Virus record (IMG/VR): IMGVR_UViG_3300033075_001228
Direction: 5' to 3' (one strand)
DNA: 64,000 nt
Origin: a virus
Lineage: Duplodnaviria > Caudoviricetes
A model generated the notes under the pieces. It worked only from the letters and a program-made list of their open reading frames with translations, was not told the origin of the DNA and made no database searches. Below, in pieces: positions 38,274 through 48,500 of the stretch. Position 1 is the stretch's first letter. Each line of letters begins with the position of its first letter. Both the position numbers and the translations under genes were made by a program.

Positions 38274-39934
38274 GGTTGCAGCATCTTAAGGGTGACGTTG
38301 TTGCAGCCAAAGATCTTTACCACCTTTGCTTCAGCGGCGACCTCAGCCTCTGTCATGCCGCGGGAGCTGTCTGCCCTGTAACGAAACCTGTTGAACCTGC
38401 TGTGGAAGTCAGTCCACCAAAACCTGGGCGTCGTTTCTCCGACAACCGTCCACCCTGAGGCGATCCAAGACGCAGGACCACCTAGCCGAGTGTCAACATA
38501 CGTGATCATTCCTTGTTGTCCTTGGTTGGCTGTCCACGCCAACGCAGCCTTCGACAGCCTCGACAGTCCACCCGGGACTACCAGATCACGTTTGGTAGCT
38601 AACCTTGCGATCTCCATCAACTTAGAGTGCGTCTTGTGGAACGGATGCCTTAGGCTCATCACCATGACGAGCTCACCGTTGTGCTTAAGCCCGATGGCGT
38701 GCGATGCCTTCGTGTCGCCGTCAAGGTGGTTTTCATCAAAGAAAAGGCGACGTTCTTCAGTGGGAACGTCAACGACCTCGCAGGTCCTGGCCCCAACGCG
38801 GGAAGACATCCCGAGCATGTGCCGGATCATTGCCTCAACGAGGGGCCTACGTTCCGCCCATTCGTCCTGAAAAACATGGAACAGCTTGATCCCAGCCGCC
38901 TTGCAGGCAGCGGACTTGTTCTGGTGGTATACGTCAGACTTGTGGATGGAGCAGTGCCAGTATAAGCCGTTGTATTCGATAGCAACAGAGCGTGACGGGA
39001 TGAATACGTCGAGCTCTGCCCCTCGCTCTGGGCCTGCGATCATCTTTCTTGTGTTTCTCACCACCTCAACGCCGAGGGACTCAACGTATGCTGCGATCTC
39101 TCCTTGTGCCGCTGACCCGGCAGGGTCGCAGGAGTAGCAACGATGGTGCTGCAGCTGCCGCAGCGAGCTGTACGTCCTTGTCTTGCATGAGATGCATTCT
39201 ACGTAGATGTTTGTCGTTGCGTCGTTTACGTAGCCCTCGGCGCTCAGCAGCTTGAGGTTTCCGCCGCCCTCGATCCTTTTCCTAATCTCCTCGATGTTTA
39301 GTCGCTTAAGCTCATCGAGCCGTGTCCTGACCGCTGCGGTCTTGTGTGCCACAGACACAGCCTCTGCCATGGAGGCCACCCTTTCGTCAGTCTCCTTCGT
39401 GAGGCCCTTTGACCAGGGCGTGTATCTTCCTTGTTGGTAGGCGTCTTTTAAAGTTGTTGCAGCCGCGGCCACCCTCTCGTCGGTCTCCTTCGTGAGGCCC
39501 TTTGACCAGGCAACGATTTCGTCATCGGCGAAGGCTTTCTTTCGTCCTTCGCTGGTGGCCTTTGCCCTAGCGGCCACCCTCTCGTCGGTCTCCTTCGTGA
39601 GGCCCTTTGACCATGAAGCCTGGCCGCGCCAGTTGCTGCCGCGGGTCTGGGCGATCTCAGCGGCCTTTTCGTTGTCGTATACGCTATAGATGCTTGCGTT
39701 GTGTCCCTTGATCATCGAGCTGTAGCCGACCTTGTAGTTGATCCACTTTGTTTCTTTCCCACACCCGCACCTGCACGTCGCGGCCCCGTTCGCCTTGTCG
39801 AAGGCTTCCTTGGCTGACACGCCGTGTTCGGCCTCTATGTGTCGTTCGACTGCTGTGATACGTTTTGAGCTGAACCCACACAGCCCGCAGACGGTAGGCC
39901 CAATCGTTTGCTTCTTGGTTGGCATTGTCAGCAT
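38264..39934 (-). CDS. Hef-like homing endonuclease: Zn finger, WSKGLTKETDERV repeats, Vsr/DUF559-like nuclease, C-terminal GNAT-like domain
   Basis: CGLC...H...H, TCRCGCG, ELDVFIP...IEYNGLYWH, HVFQDEW, EIARLA...GGLSRL...ITYVD. Only substantial minus-strand gene; ATAGTTA on the minus strand just upstream. Confidence 0.8.
   Translation of the reverse strand: MLTMPTKKQTIGPTVCGLCGFSSKRITAVERHIEAEHGVSAKEAFDKANGAATCRCGCGKETKWINYKVGYSSMIKGHNASIYSVYDNEKAAEIAQTRGSNWRGQASWSKGLTKETDERVAARAKATSEGRKKAFADDEIVAWSKGLTKETDERVAAAATTLKDAYQQGRYTPWSKGLTKETDERVASMAEAVSVAHKTAAVRTRLDELKRLNIEEIRKRIEGGGNLKLLSAEGYVNDATTNIYVECISCKTRTYSSLRQLQHHRCYSCDPAGSAAQGEIAAYVESLGVEVVRNTRKMIAGPERGAELDVFIPSRSVAIEYNGLYWHCSIHKSDVYHQNKSAACKAAGIKLFHVFQDEWAERRPLVEAMIRHMLGMSSRVGARTCEVVDVPTEERRLFFDENHLDGDTKASHAIGLKHNGELVMVMSLRHPFHKTHSKLMEIARLATKRDLVVPGGLSRLSKAALAWTANQGQQGMITYVDTRLGGPASWIASGWTVVGETTPRFWWTDFHSRFNRFRYRADSSRGMTEAEVAAEAKVVKIFGCNNVTLKMLQPNK
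39374..39613 (-). repeat. Three near-identical 42-bp coding repeats (WSKGLTKETDERVA)
   Basis: Copies start at 39374, 39467 and 39572 (periods 93 and 105 nt, in frame). Confidence 0.9.
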
Positions 39935-40044
39935 CTAACTATTCATGCAGCCTGTTGTTTTGTGCGTTTTAAACGGACAAAATTGGCGATGACTCCTAAT
40001 TAGCATCGGGTGGTCATCACGCACCACCAAGGAGCTTTTTGAAC

Positions 40045-40533
40045 ATGGCTGAGACGCTTGATGTTACATCAATGTTGAATAACAAATTCGAACCAAAGCG
40101 GAAAAACCGCTGGGTCCTCATGATTGAAGGCATCGATGCCTACATCATCAAGACAGCGGCCCGACCGACGATGACGACCGAGGAGGTTGAGATCCCGTTC
40201 ATCAACTCCCGACGTTACCTTGCTGGCCTGTCAAAGTTCAACACCATGGCCGTGACGCTGCACGATCCGATCGCACCGTCGGGCGCCCAGCAGGTCATGG
40301 AGTGGGTTCGCCTGCACTTTGAGAGCGTGTCAGGACGGGCAGGCTACGCTGACTTCTACAAGCGTGACATCCAGCTGAAGGTGTTGGACCCCGTAGGGAC
40401 AGTTGTGGAACTTTGGGATATAAAGGGTGCTTTCATCACGGAGGCAAACTTCGGTGACCTGACGTACGAAGACGGAGGCGTAGCAGAGATTTCGCTAACG
40501 CTCCGCTTCGATAATGCGGTTCTGCAATTCTAA
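40045..40533 (+). CDS. gp19: Tail tube protein (gp19-like)
   Basis: FEPKRKNRW, LHDPIAPSGAQQVMEW, YKRDI, LDPVGTVVELW.IKGAF, ISLTLRFD. Confidence 0.9.
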   Translation: MAETLDVTSMLNNKFEPKRKNRWVLMIEGIDAYIIKTAARPTMTTEEVEIPFINSRRYLAGLSKFNTMAVTLHDPIAPSGAQQVMEWVRLHFESVSGRAGYADFYKRDIQLKVLDPVGTVVELWDIKGAFITEANFGDLTYEDGGVAEISLTLRFDNAVLQF

Positions 40534-40590
40534 GTAAAAGACTTTTCAACCAGGGTTATACAACTTCGGTGGGCCATGATACATTCTATC

Positions 40591-42237
40591 ATGGCCCACA
40601 GTCGTTTGAAGTGTCCAAATTGTGATGATGATTTCGGTCAGGAGGCACGGTTCCTTGATCACCTGACAGATGTTCATGGCGTTAGCGATCACCTGTCGTT
40701 GTACCTGCAGATTAATCACGATGGTGTTCAACCTACGTGCGGGTGTTCAGAAACGTGCCAGGAAAAGCTACCGTGGGCAGGTTGGAAGAAAGGCTTCGTT
40801 AGCAGGTTTGCACGAGGCCACAATGCAAAGGTCGATAGCACATTCCTTAACAAGGAACGTCAGGCAGAGATAGCAAAAAAGAGGATCGATGGCTTTCATT
40901 CTGGCAGGCTGAAATCGTGGAACCTTGGCTTGACGAAGGAGACTGACGAACGCATCAAGTTGTCAGCAGAAAAGACGTCCGTCACCCTTAAATCTGGGTA
41001 TGAATCAGGCTCAATTGCCAGCTGGCAGTCGTTAGATCCAGAAAGAGCAAAGTTAGCTAATCAAAAACAGTCTGCAACCAAAGCAACACGTTATGCTGCG
41101 GGTGAGCTGAAGGTTTGGAACCTTGGCAAGACAAAGGAAACAGATGAGCTTGTTGCAAGCATCGCTAAAAAGATTTCAGCACGGTATAAGCTGCCTGACG
41201 CAGGGCATCGTATCAAACTTGCTGACCTGCAGCAGCGTATCAAAAAGCATGAAAGTAAGTTTACTTTGTTATCAAACCTCGATGAGTATGTGACTAGACG
41301 TGTGCAAAGGTTAAGGTTTCAGTGTGTAACGTGTCAACGTGAGGTCACCAAAAGCCTAGCAATGCTAGAAGAAACACCAGTCTGCTTCGTCTGTCACCCG
41401 AAAGAGTCTAAGGGTCAGCTTGAACTGTTTGATTTTGTTAAAACGTTAGCTTTGGACGCAGTGCTTTCAGACAGGACAATATTGCAGGGGCTTGAGCTTG
41501 ATGTGTTTGTCCCTTCACGTAGGTTTGGCATCGAATATGATGGCTTGTACTATCATAGTGAAGAATTTGCGAGCAACGATCGCGCTGCCAAAAAGATGCG
41601 AAAGGCAGATGAAAACAACGTTGCAGTCCTTCGCATCTTTGAAGATGAATGGCGTGATAAACGTCTGATCGTAGAAGCGATGATCAAGCATCGCTTAGGT
41701 TTGGCGACCCATAGGATCGGTGCTAGGCAGTGTAAGCTTAAGGAGCTGACGTCGTCAGAACGTCGTGTGTTCATGGACGCATGTCATCTTGACGGTGACG
41801 TTAGGTCGAAGGCTGCATGGGGATTAGTCAGTGACGGTCAAATCATCGCAGCGCTATCGGTACGTCGACCATTTCATAAGATGCACAAAAATGCTTTAGA
41901 AGTTGCTCGATTTTGCCTAAAACCAGGGATCTCCGCTCCGGGCGCGTTGGCGCGTTTAGCTAAACACGCTCTGCAGCGTTCAAAGGAGATGGGTTACGAT
42001 CGGCTCATGACTTACGTGGACCGTCGCGTTGGCAAAGGTGAAGGTTACGTAGCAGCAGGATTCAAGGTCGTGCGTACGACAAAGCCACGGTTCTGGTGGA
42101 CTGACTACAAACATCGTTACGACAGGTTTTCTGTCCGTGCAGACGCAAAGAACGGGATCACGCAGGAACAAGCCGCGGAAGCTGCTGGCGTTGTCCGCGT
42201 CTGGGGCTGCCCAAACGTTTTGCTTGAGATGTCATAG
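40591..42237 (+). CDS. Hef-like homing endonuclease, paralogue of 38264..39934
   Basis: CPNC...H...H, PTCGC, WNLGLTKETDER, ELDVFVP...IEYDGLYYH, IFEDEW, EVARFC...GALARL...MTYVD. Confidence 0.8.
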   Translation: MAHSRLKCPNCDDDFGQEARFLDHLTDVHGVSDHLSLYLQINHDGVQPTCGCSETCQEKLPWAGWKKGFVSRFARGHNAKVDSTFLNKERQAEIAKKRIDGFHSGRLKSWNLGLTKETDERIKLSAEKTSVTLKSGYESGSIASWQSLDPERAKLANQKQSATKATRYAAGELKVWNLGKTKETDELVASIAKKISARYKLPDAGHRIKLADLQQRIKKHESKFTLLSNLDEYVTRRVQRLRFQCVTCQREVTKSLAMLEETPVCFVCHPKESKGQLELFDFVKTLALDAVLSDRTILQGLELDVFVPSRRFGIEYDGLYYHSEEFASNDRAAKKMRKADENNVAVLRIFEDEWRDKRLIVEAMIKHRLGLATHRIGARQCKLKELTSSERRVFMDACHLDGDVRSKAAWGLVSDGQIIAALSVRRPFHKMHKNALEVARFCLKPGISAPGALARLAKHALQRSKEMGYDRLMTYVDRRVGKGEGYVAAGFKVVRTTKPRFWWTDYKHRYDRFSVRADAKNGITQEQAAEAAGVVRVWGCPNVLLEMS

Positions 42238-42259
42238 GGGTGTGTGATAGTTATCGGTC

Positions 42260-42634
42260 ATGCGACTGACCAAACGACAGCTAAGGCTCCTGATCAACGA
42301 AGAGGTAAAGAACCTTTCTGAGGCTCCGCCGCGCCGGCCGCTCGGCCGCAGAAACTATGCATCAGGCTTCGGCGTCAAGGACGACAGCAGGAAGCTGATG
42401 AAGCTTGCTGACCTCATCGCATCGTTCTTTGACGACGCTGTTGAGAACATGGATATCTCGGGCGTCGTCTCGTCCATCGTGTCAGCCATCGAGGCGCAGG
42501 GTGACGGCCTGGACGGCGTTGACATGGACGCGTTGGAGGCTGCGGTCGTCAAGGTGTGGCAGTCTGACTACGCAAAGAAGGTCATGAAGCTAAGTGAGCT
42601 GGTCAGCGACGTTCGTGACAAGCTCGATCGTTGA
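42260..42634 (+). CDS. Small protein, MRLTKRQLRLLINEE family
   Basis: Shared N-terminal motif; ATAGTTA at 42247. Confidence 0.72.
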   Translation: MRLTKRQLRLLINEEVKNLSEAPPRRPLGRRNYASGFGVKDDSRKLMKLADLIASFFDDAVENMDISGVVSSIVSAIEAQGDGLDGVDMDALEAAVVKVWQSDYAKKVMKLSELVSDVRDKLDR

Positions 42635-42646
42635 ACGGAGCGTAAG

Positions 42647-42883
42647 ATGTTGACAGTGAAGAAGCTTCGGCGCCTGATCCGTGAAGAGCTTGACGCCTTG
42701 GAGTCATGGGAAGACAAGCCAAGGCAAGAGCGCCTGGCTTCGTTGTCAGAAGACGAGGAAGCTGCGCTTGCTGCTGCTTCTGCTTTGATGGATGCGCTTG
42801 ATAAGATCGGTGACTACGACCATTTTGAACAGGTTGGTCGCGTGCTCAACAGCATGCGTAAGACCTATCAGTCTGGTAGATGA
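42647..42883 (+). CDS. Small protein, MLTVKKLRRLIREE family
   Basis: Shared N-terminal motif; RBS GGAG. Confidence 0.7.
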   Translation: MLTVKKLRRLIREELDALESWEDKPRQERLASLSEDEEAALAAASALMDALDKIGDYDHFEQVGRVLNSMRKTYQSGR

Positions 42884-42921
42884 ATGATGAATGACGAAAT
42901 GACGAAATATCTATTGCTACC

Positions 42922-43209
42922 ATGAAGCTCACAGAACGACAGCTTAAGTCAATCATCAAGAAGGTAGTCGCTGAATCATTTGAAGATCCAGAGAATCTAT
43001 CCTCGGTGTGCAATCTTTCTGAGTTAAAGAGGCGAAACCCTAAGGCGTTTCAGGGGTATGTTGACATGTTCGTCGAGGACTGTCAAGACGAATTTTCGTT
43101 TGAGGACGGTAAGATCGTTGCATACCGTGAAGACGGCACCAAGCTTGAGTTTGATCCAAAGAGCACGTCTATGGACGTTGGTCGTGGCTGGAAGCCATCG
43201 CGGTGGTAA
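42922..43209 (+). CDS. Small protein, MKLTERQLKSIIK family
   Basis: Shared N-terminal motif; ATATCTA at 42907. Confidence 0.7.
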   Translation: MKLTERQLKSIIKKVVAESFEDPENLSSVCNLSELKRRNPKAFQGYVDMFVEDCQDEFSFEDGKIVAYREDGTKLEFDPKSTSMDVGRGWKPSRW

Positions 43210-43297
43210 TGATGAACGATATTAATTCGCTGTCATAGGCGAAACAACGTTTGAAAACCTCTGGGTTCGTGTAGTACGATGACCAGAGGTTTCTTGC

Positions 43298-43651
43298 ATG
43301 AAAATCCAGCATCACCAGCATAGTTTGATCGGCAACGAAACTAGCGTCGCTGCCGAGGCACTGGCAAAGATGACAAAGCTGTTCTCAGAAGGTCGCCGCC
43401 CGCCCCGGGCCGCGCTCGACAGGATCGTTAGCTTTTTTCATAAGCGAGAGACGCCAGTGTTTCTTGGCCAGGTCGCGCTTGACATAGGCTACTCGCTCGA
43501 CCAGACAGAGGCGATGCTAGAGGCGTTGATCGACGTCGGCATCGTGCGTCGCTTGACGTTAGATGAAAAGAAAAAGATCCACGACATGCACCCCAACGCG
43601 ATGGTGTATGCACTAACTTGCCAGGCCAAGCCAGGGTTAGCTGGCTGGTGA
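43298..43651 (+). CDS. Hypothetical protein, possible winged HTH
   Basis: LGQVALDIGYSLDQTEAMLEALIDVGIVRR resembles a wHTH; sigma70-like promoter at 43252-43280. Confidence 0.55.
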   Translation: MKIQHHQHSLIGNETSVAAEALAKMTKLFSEGRRPPRAALDRIVSFFHKRETPVFLGQVALDIGYSLDQTEAMLEALIDVGIVRRLTLDEKKKIHDMHPNAMVYALTCQAKPGLAGW

Positions 43652-43887
43652 TGCCCCGCGCCGGCCGCCAGCCGATGGACTTTGAGCAGCTGCTGGTGCT
43701 GCAGGATGAGCTAGACAGCCAGCTGTGTAACAGGCAGATCACCTGGGAGCAATATGAAAATGAGTGGCTGTCGTTGCTAAAGGCTGCAGGCTGGACGCAC
43801 AGCGAGTATGAACGAGAGATCGACGAAAGGTGGGACCGCCTCGACGCGTTGAGGACTAAGCCTTCACGTAGGTTTGGCATGGCATAG
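43651..43887 (+). CDS. Hypothetical protein
   Basis: Short acidic Trp-rich ORF; start uncertain. Confidence 0.5.
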   Translation: MPRAGRQPMDFEQLLVLQDELDSQLCNRQITWEQYENEWLSLLKAAGWTHSEYEREIDERWDRLDALRTKPSRRFGMA

Positions 43888-43967
43888 CAATTAGTCGGTA
43901 CGTCTCTTTGAGGGTTGTTACATTTACGACGCTAACGGTGAATGTTACAATCTTACGAGGAGACTGA

Positions 43968-44837
43968 ATGTCAGACGAACGTGAGCAACGAAACCAGGTT
44001 TTTGCTGCGGCAGCACCGCAGGTAGACCCTAGGATCCCGACGGTGTCAGCTGTCGACAAGGTCAAGGCGGAATTTGGCGTGGACATCCCAGTTGAGCTTG
44101 TCCCGCTTCCGTCAGGAGGCAAGGTCTACCCTCCTGCGCATCCATTTCACGGCAAAGACAGGATCGAGATTCGAGCGATGACAGCCCGGGAAGAAGACAT
44201 CCTGACCAACAGCGCCTTCCTTAAGAAGGGAACCGTCATCACTGAGCTGATCAAGTCATGCCTTGTTGACCGTAACGTTAACCCAAGGGAGCTGTTGACA
44301 GGCGACCGTAACGCATTGATGGTTGCGATCAGGGTGACTGGCTACGGCCATGAATACGACGCAGAGGTAGAATGCAACGAGTGCGGCGCAAAGACAAACC
44401 AGCAGTTCAACCTTGCGCAGCTGCCGATTGACTCGTTGGGGATCGATCCGATCGAGCCGGGTGTGAACCTCTTTGAGTTTAGGCTTCCATACAGCAAGAA
44501 GGTCGTCAAGTTTAGGTTCATGACTGGCCAGGACGAAGAAGAGATCGTTGCAACACAGGCAAAGCAAAAGAAGCTTGGGCTTCAGGCCGAGGCGTCAGTC
44601 ACCACGTCGTTGCTGTACAGCATCGTTTCGATCGATGGTGTAGACGACAGGTCAAAGATCGCAGGGTTCGCCAGGATGATGCCTGCACGTGACTCGCTGG
44701 CGTTACGAAACTACATCAAGGCCAACGAGCCTGGGATCAGGATGAAGCAGGAAACCACTTGCACGGCCTGCGGGCACACAGACGAGGCGGTGATGCCAAT
44801 CGGCATCCAGTTTCTCTGGCCAGGAGCGGGACGCTAA
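43968..44837 (+). CDS. Baseplate hub/tail assembly chaperone (gp26-like)
   Basis: VPLPSGG, MTAREEDIL, GDRNALM, two CxxC, FRFMTG, FLWP end; upstream of the tape measure gene. Confidence 0.8.
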   Translation: MSDEREQRNQVFAAAAPQVDPRIPTVSAVDKVKAEFGVDIPVELVPLPSGGKVYPPAHPFHGKDRIEIRAMTAREEDILTNSAFLKKGTVITELIKSCLVDRNVNPRELLTGDRNALMVAIRVTGYGHEYDAEVECNECGAKTNQQFNLAQLPIDSLGIDPIEPGVNLFEFRLPYSKKVVKFRFMTGQDEEEIVATQAKQKKLGLQAEASVTTSLLYSIVSIDGVDDRSKIAGFARMMPARDSLALRNYIKANEPGIRMKQETTCTACGHTDEAVMPIGIQFLWPGAGR

Positions 44838-45117
44838 CCAGGCATTTTTCGGGCTAGGACCAGCCGACAAGGAGCAGCTGATCCTTGAGCCTGCATTCAT
44901 TCTGATGTACTACGGCGGTTTCCTTTGGCATGAGACCTTGCACCTTCCTGTGTCATACAAACGTTGGTTTGTCGACAGGATCAGCAAGGAGCTAAGCAAA
45001 GGCGCAGAGCAGGGCACAAACCAGACGCGTGCCCTGCACCAAAACTCTCCTGACATTCGTTCTGCCCAGGGCATGACGAGGCCTCAGGCTCCTTCACGAT
45101 TGAGGCGCTTTAGCTAA
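44812..45117 (+). CDS. Downstream chaperone extension in the +1 frame (gp51/GT-like), probably reached by recoding
   Basis: +1 frame open from 44794: ...AFFGLGPADKEQLILEPAFILMYYGGFLWHETLHLPVSYKRWFV; first ATG (44905) is mid-domain. Confidence 0.55.
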   Translation, partial: FSGQERDANQAFFGLGPADKEQLILEPAFILMYYGGFLWHETLHLPVSYKRWFVDRISKELSKGAEQGTNQTRALHQNSPDIRSAQGMTRPQAPSRLRRFS

Positions 45118-45160
45118 CGTGTGGCCTGGGTCGTTGCGGCTAACATACTTACAGTGCAAG

Positions 45161-45502
45161 ATGGAAGACGAACGTAAGCAGCCTCTCAACGAGCTGAAAC
45201 TGAACCTTCTTGGTAAGATTTTTTTTGCAACGTGCGCTGCATGGCTAGTTGGCAAGGCCACGAACATGAAAATTCGTGGGACTCAGGACGAGGTTCAAGC
45301 TGTTGCTGATGCAATGATGGCATCAAGGCGTTTTCAGGATGAGCTGCGCCGTCCCGGAGCGACCGTTGAATCGGTCATGGAGAAGCTCGGTTTGAAGCAT
45401 GCATCAGCAAGGGAATTTGAGAGGATCCTTGGCATTGCATGGCCTCTCGTTGTTCTTATAACGTTGGGTGCCGCAGGTTTCATCCCTGTCGTCTCAGCCT
45501 GA
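45161..45502 (+). CDS. Hypothetical protein upstream of the tape measure gene
   Basis: ATG 45161 after ATACTTA (45145); hydrophobic C-terminus. Confidence 0.65.
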   Translation: MEDERKQPLNELKLNLLGKIFFATCAAWLVGKATNMKIRGTQDEVQAVADAMMASRRFQDELRRPGATVESVMEKLGLKHASAREFERILGIAWPLVVLITLGAAGFIPVVSA

Positions 45503-45520
45503 AGAATAGGTTGACAGGGA

Positions 45521-48500
45521 ATGGCGACGAAAGAAGAGCTTAGCGAACAGTTAGCTGTTACCCAAAAGCTAGCGGTAGCCGTTGAGTCGATGGCCCGCGC
45601 AATGGCCCGTGTTGAGTCATCGTACGACACACAGATTGCGTCCGTGGAAAAGCTGACGCGAGCAATAGAGCAGCTGCGAGGCGTTGACCTGAGCGGCCTC
45701 AACCAGACAAAGCTTTCGAACGTTCAAAAGGAGTTTAGGCAATCAACGAAGGAGGTCACCACGTTGTCGGGACGGCTCAAGGACCTCGGCAACAACATGA
45801 CCAAAAAGTTTCCCGTGGCCGCTGCTGCGACGACAGCTGCCTTAAGCGGCTTTGTGCAGGGGCTTCGTAACGTTGTTGCGGTGGGAAAGGTTACGAGCGG
45901 GTTCCTGTACGGCCTTGTCGACACGATGGGCTCTGTCTCCGCCAGCATCATCGCAATTCCATTCAAAATGTTTAACGCCCTTGTCGACACTGCTGCTGCT
46001 GCCGGCGGCGGAATGAACGAACTTGCCCAGGCGATTGAGAACCTTAGAAAGGAAATGGGTGACCTCAAGGGACCCGGAGCAAAGGCGGTAATTGACACCT
46101 CAAAGACGCTCAAAGGATTTTCTGACACAGGCCTGAGCACCTTCAGGGTGTTTGGAACGTTGGCTGAGCGGCTTGAGCTCGTGACGAAGGTCGCAGTCGC
46201 CATGGGCGCAACGTTTGGAACGCTTCGACATGAGTTTGAGAGCAACGGCGGTGCGTTGCTGGCGTTTCAGAAGGCGTTGGGCGTCTCTGAGGAGGGAATG
46301 AAGGCCATCGGCGACAGGGCGATCACCGTTGGAAAGCCGATGACAAAGGTCTTCATGGACATGACAAAGCAGACCTTGGCGCTTGGCAAGGCATTTGACA
46401 TCGACCAAAAGCTGATCGGCAAGGACATGACGAAGGCGTTGCTCGACGTCAGGCACTTCGGCGCGCTGACTGTCAAGGAGATAGGCCAGGCGTCTGTGTA
46501 TGCACGCAAGCTAGGCATCGAGCTTGACAAGATCGTCGGCACGCTTGATGCGTTTGAGACGTTTGACTCAGCGGCCGAGAACGCAGCCAAGCTTTCACAG
46601 GCATTTGGCGTTAACATTGATGCGTTCAAGCTCATGGAGGCGCAGAACCCAGCCGAGCAGCTGGACATGCTGCGAAAGTCGTTTAGGTCTGCTGGCGTTG
46701 ACGCAAGCCAGTTTACAAGGCAACAGGCAAAGCTGCTTGCCCAGACGACAAACCTTGACGAGGCGACCGTTCGTCAGGCGTTTTCAGCGAAAAACTACGG
46801 CGTCTCGCTGCAGGACGTCAGGAAGAAGAGCGAGGCCGCTGAGAAGCATGCGTTGACGCAGGCCGAGGCGATGTCAAAGCTTGCTGACAGCATCGAACGA
46901 ATGGTCAAGTCAGGCGGCGGACAGGAGGGCGGCTTTTGGCAGATGTTCATCAAGGGCATCCTTGGGGGCCTGCAATCGACGAAGGAGTTTAGGGAGATCA
47001 TCTGGAGCATCAAGCGTAGCCTGCAGCTCGTCTACTTTGAGGGCGTAAAGCTCGGCAAGATGCTGCCGAAGCTCATACCAGACATGGGCGAGTTCCTGAA
47101 GGGAATCAAGGAGTTTTTTGACCCTGCCAAGTTCACCAGGCTGTTTGGCGGCATCACCAAGGCAGTGACAGAGTTTTTGTCAGGCAAGATGGACTTCAAG
47201 GGGCTGATGGACCGCCTCCAAAAGGAGTTCTTTAGCTTCTTTGACAGCGAGTCTCCGTCCGGTAAAAAGATGCTTGACAGCTTCAAAAAGATCTTTCAGA
47301 AGCTTGCCAAGGTAACGGGCGAGGGAATAAAGTGGGCGTCTGACCAGATCGCCAACGGCCTTAAGACGTTGACAGAGTTTCTTAGGGACCCGAGCGCGTT
47401 CCTTGCCAAGGCCTCCGCCGGCGGCTCGGGCGCAATGAAGTTTGCTATTGAGACGTTGACGCCAATCGCTGAGGCGCTTAAGCACGCATGGAAGGTTCTA
47501 TACCCTGCGTTCAAGGAGCTGATGATCGTTGTCTGGGGCAAGGTCAAGGGCTTTTTCGCCTCGTCTGAGTTTCATGGCAGCATCACGCCGATGCTGCCAT
47601 ACATCGCTGGCGCCCTTTTTGGACCATCGTTGCTGAAGGCGTTGACCGTGGCAGCCATTTCGTCGCTCGGCAAGTCTGTCTTCGGCATGATAACCAGCGT
47701 CTTCACCGGTCCAGCGGCTGAAAAGGGCGCAGAAAGCGCAGCCAAGGGCTTGGGACGAATCTTTGGAAAGAGCTTTGGGAGCTTCGGCAAGTTCATGGGT
47801 CCGATCGGCATCGCGTTAGCGATCGCTGACGTGTCTGTCAACATCAAGAACGCAATGGACAAGTTCCAGGCTGACCTTGCGCCTAAGTTTGGTGAAACCG
47901 AGGCAAAGGTAGGCGCTGGCGCAGCTGGCATCATCAATGCATTGACATTGGGCCTGCTTCCAAAAAACTTCCAGGCAAAGATCGCAGAGACGATCGCCAA
48001 CCTAGCGAACAAGCTGTTTAAGGCTATTGAAGACTACTTTGGCGAAAAGTTCACCAAGCGGATAAAAGACTATGTTTCAAGCACGCTAGACATCTTTTCA
48101 TCCATTGGGCAGCTGATCAAGGACATCTTCGCCGGCAACGAGAGCGGCATTGCTGACAGCCTCGTTGTCGTTGGGCAAAAGATCATTGACAAGATAGGCG
48201 CTGAGATCATGCTGATGATCGAGCTGATCCCAACGTTAGCCGTGCAGATGCTGAAGTTTGGCTACAAGTTTCTCGGCAGCATCTTTCACGTGCTGTCAAA
48301 GGTGTTCGCAAAGGGCGATAAGATTCCTGTCTTTGGCTGGTTGTTTAAGGCGTTGTCCAAGATCCTTAATTTCATGGGTGACGTATACGAAAGCGTGAGC
48401 GTTGCGCTTGGAAAGCTTGCAGGCCTTTTCAAGGAAAACGGCGTTCTTGGAACGATTGGGGGCGTGTTTACCTCGATCTGGAACTCGATCAAGGCAGGAT

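Noticed and set aside
39374-39613. Regularly spaced 42-bp repeats resembling a mini CRISPR array
   Set aside because: Periods are multiples of 3, the repeats encode an in-frame peptide also present in a paralogue, and no cas genes or leader are visible.
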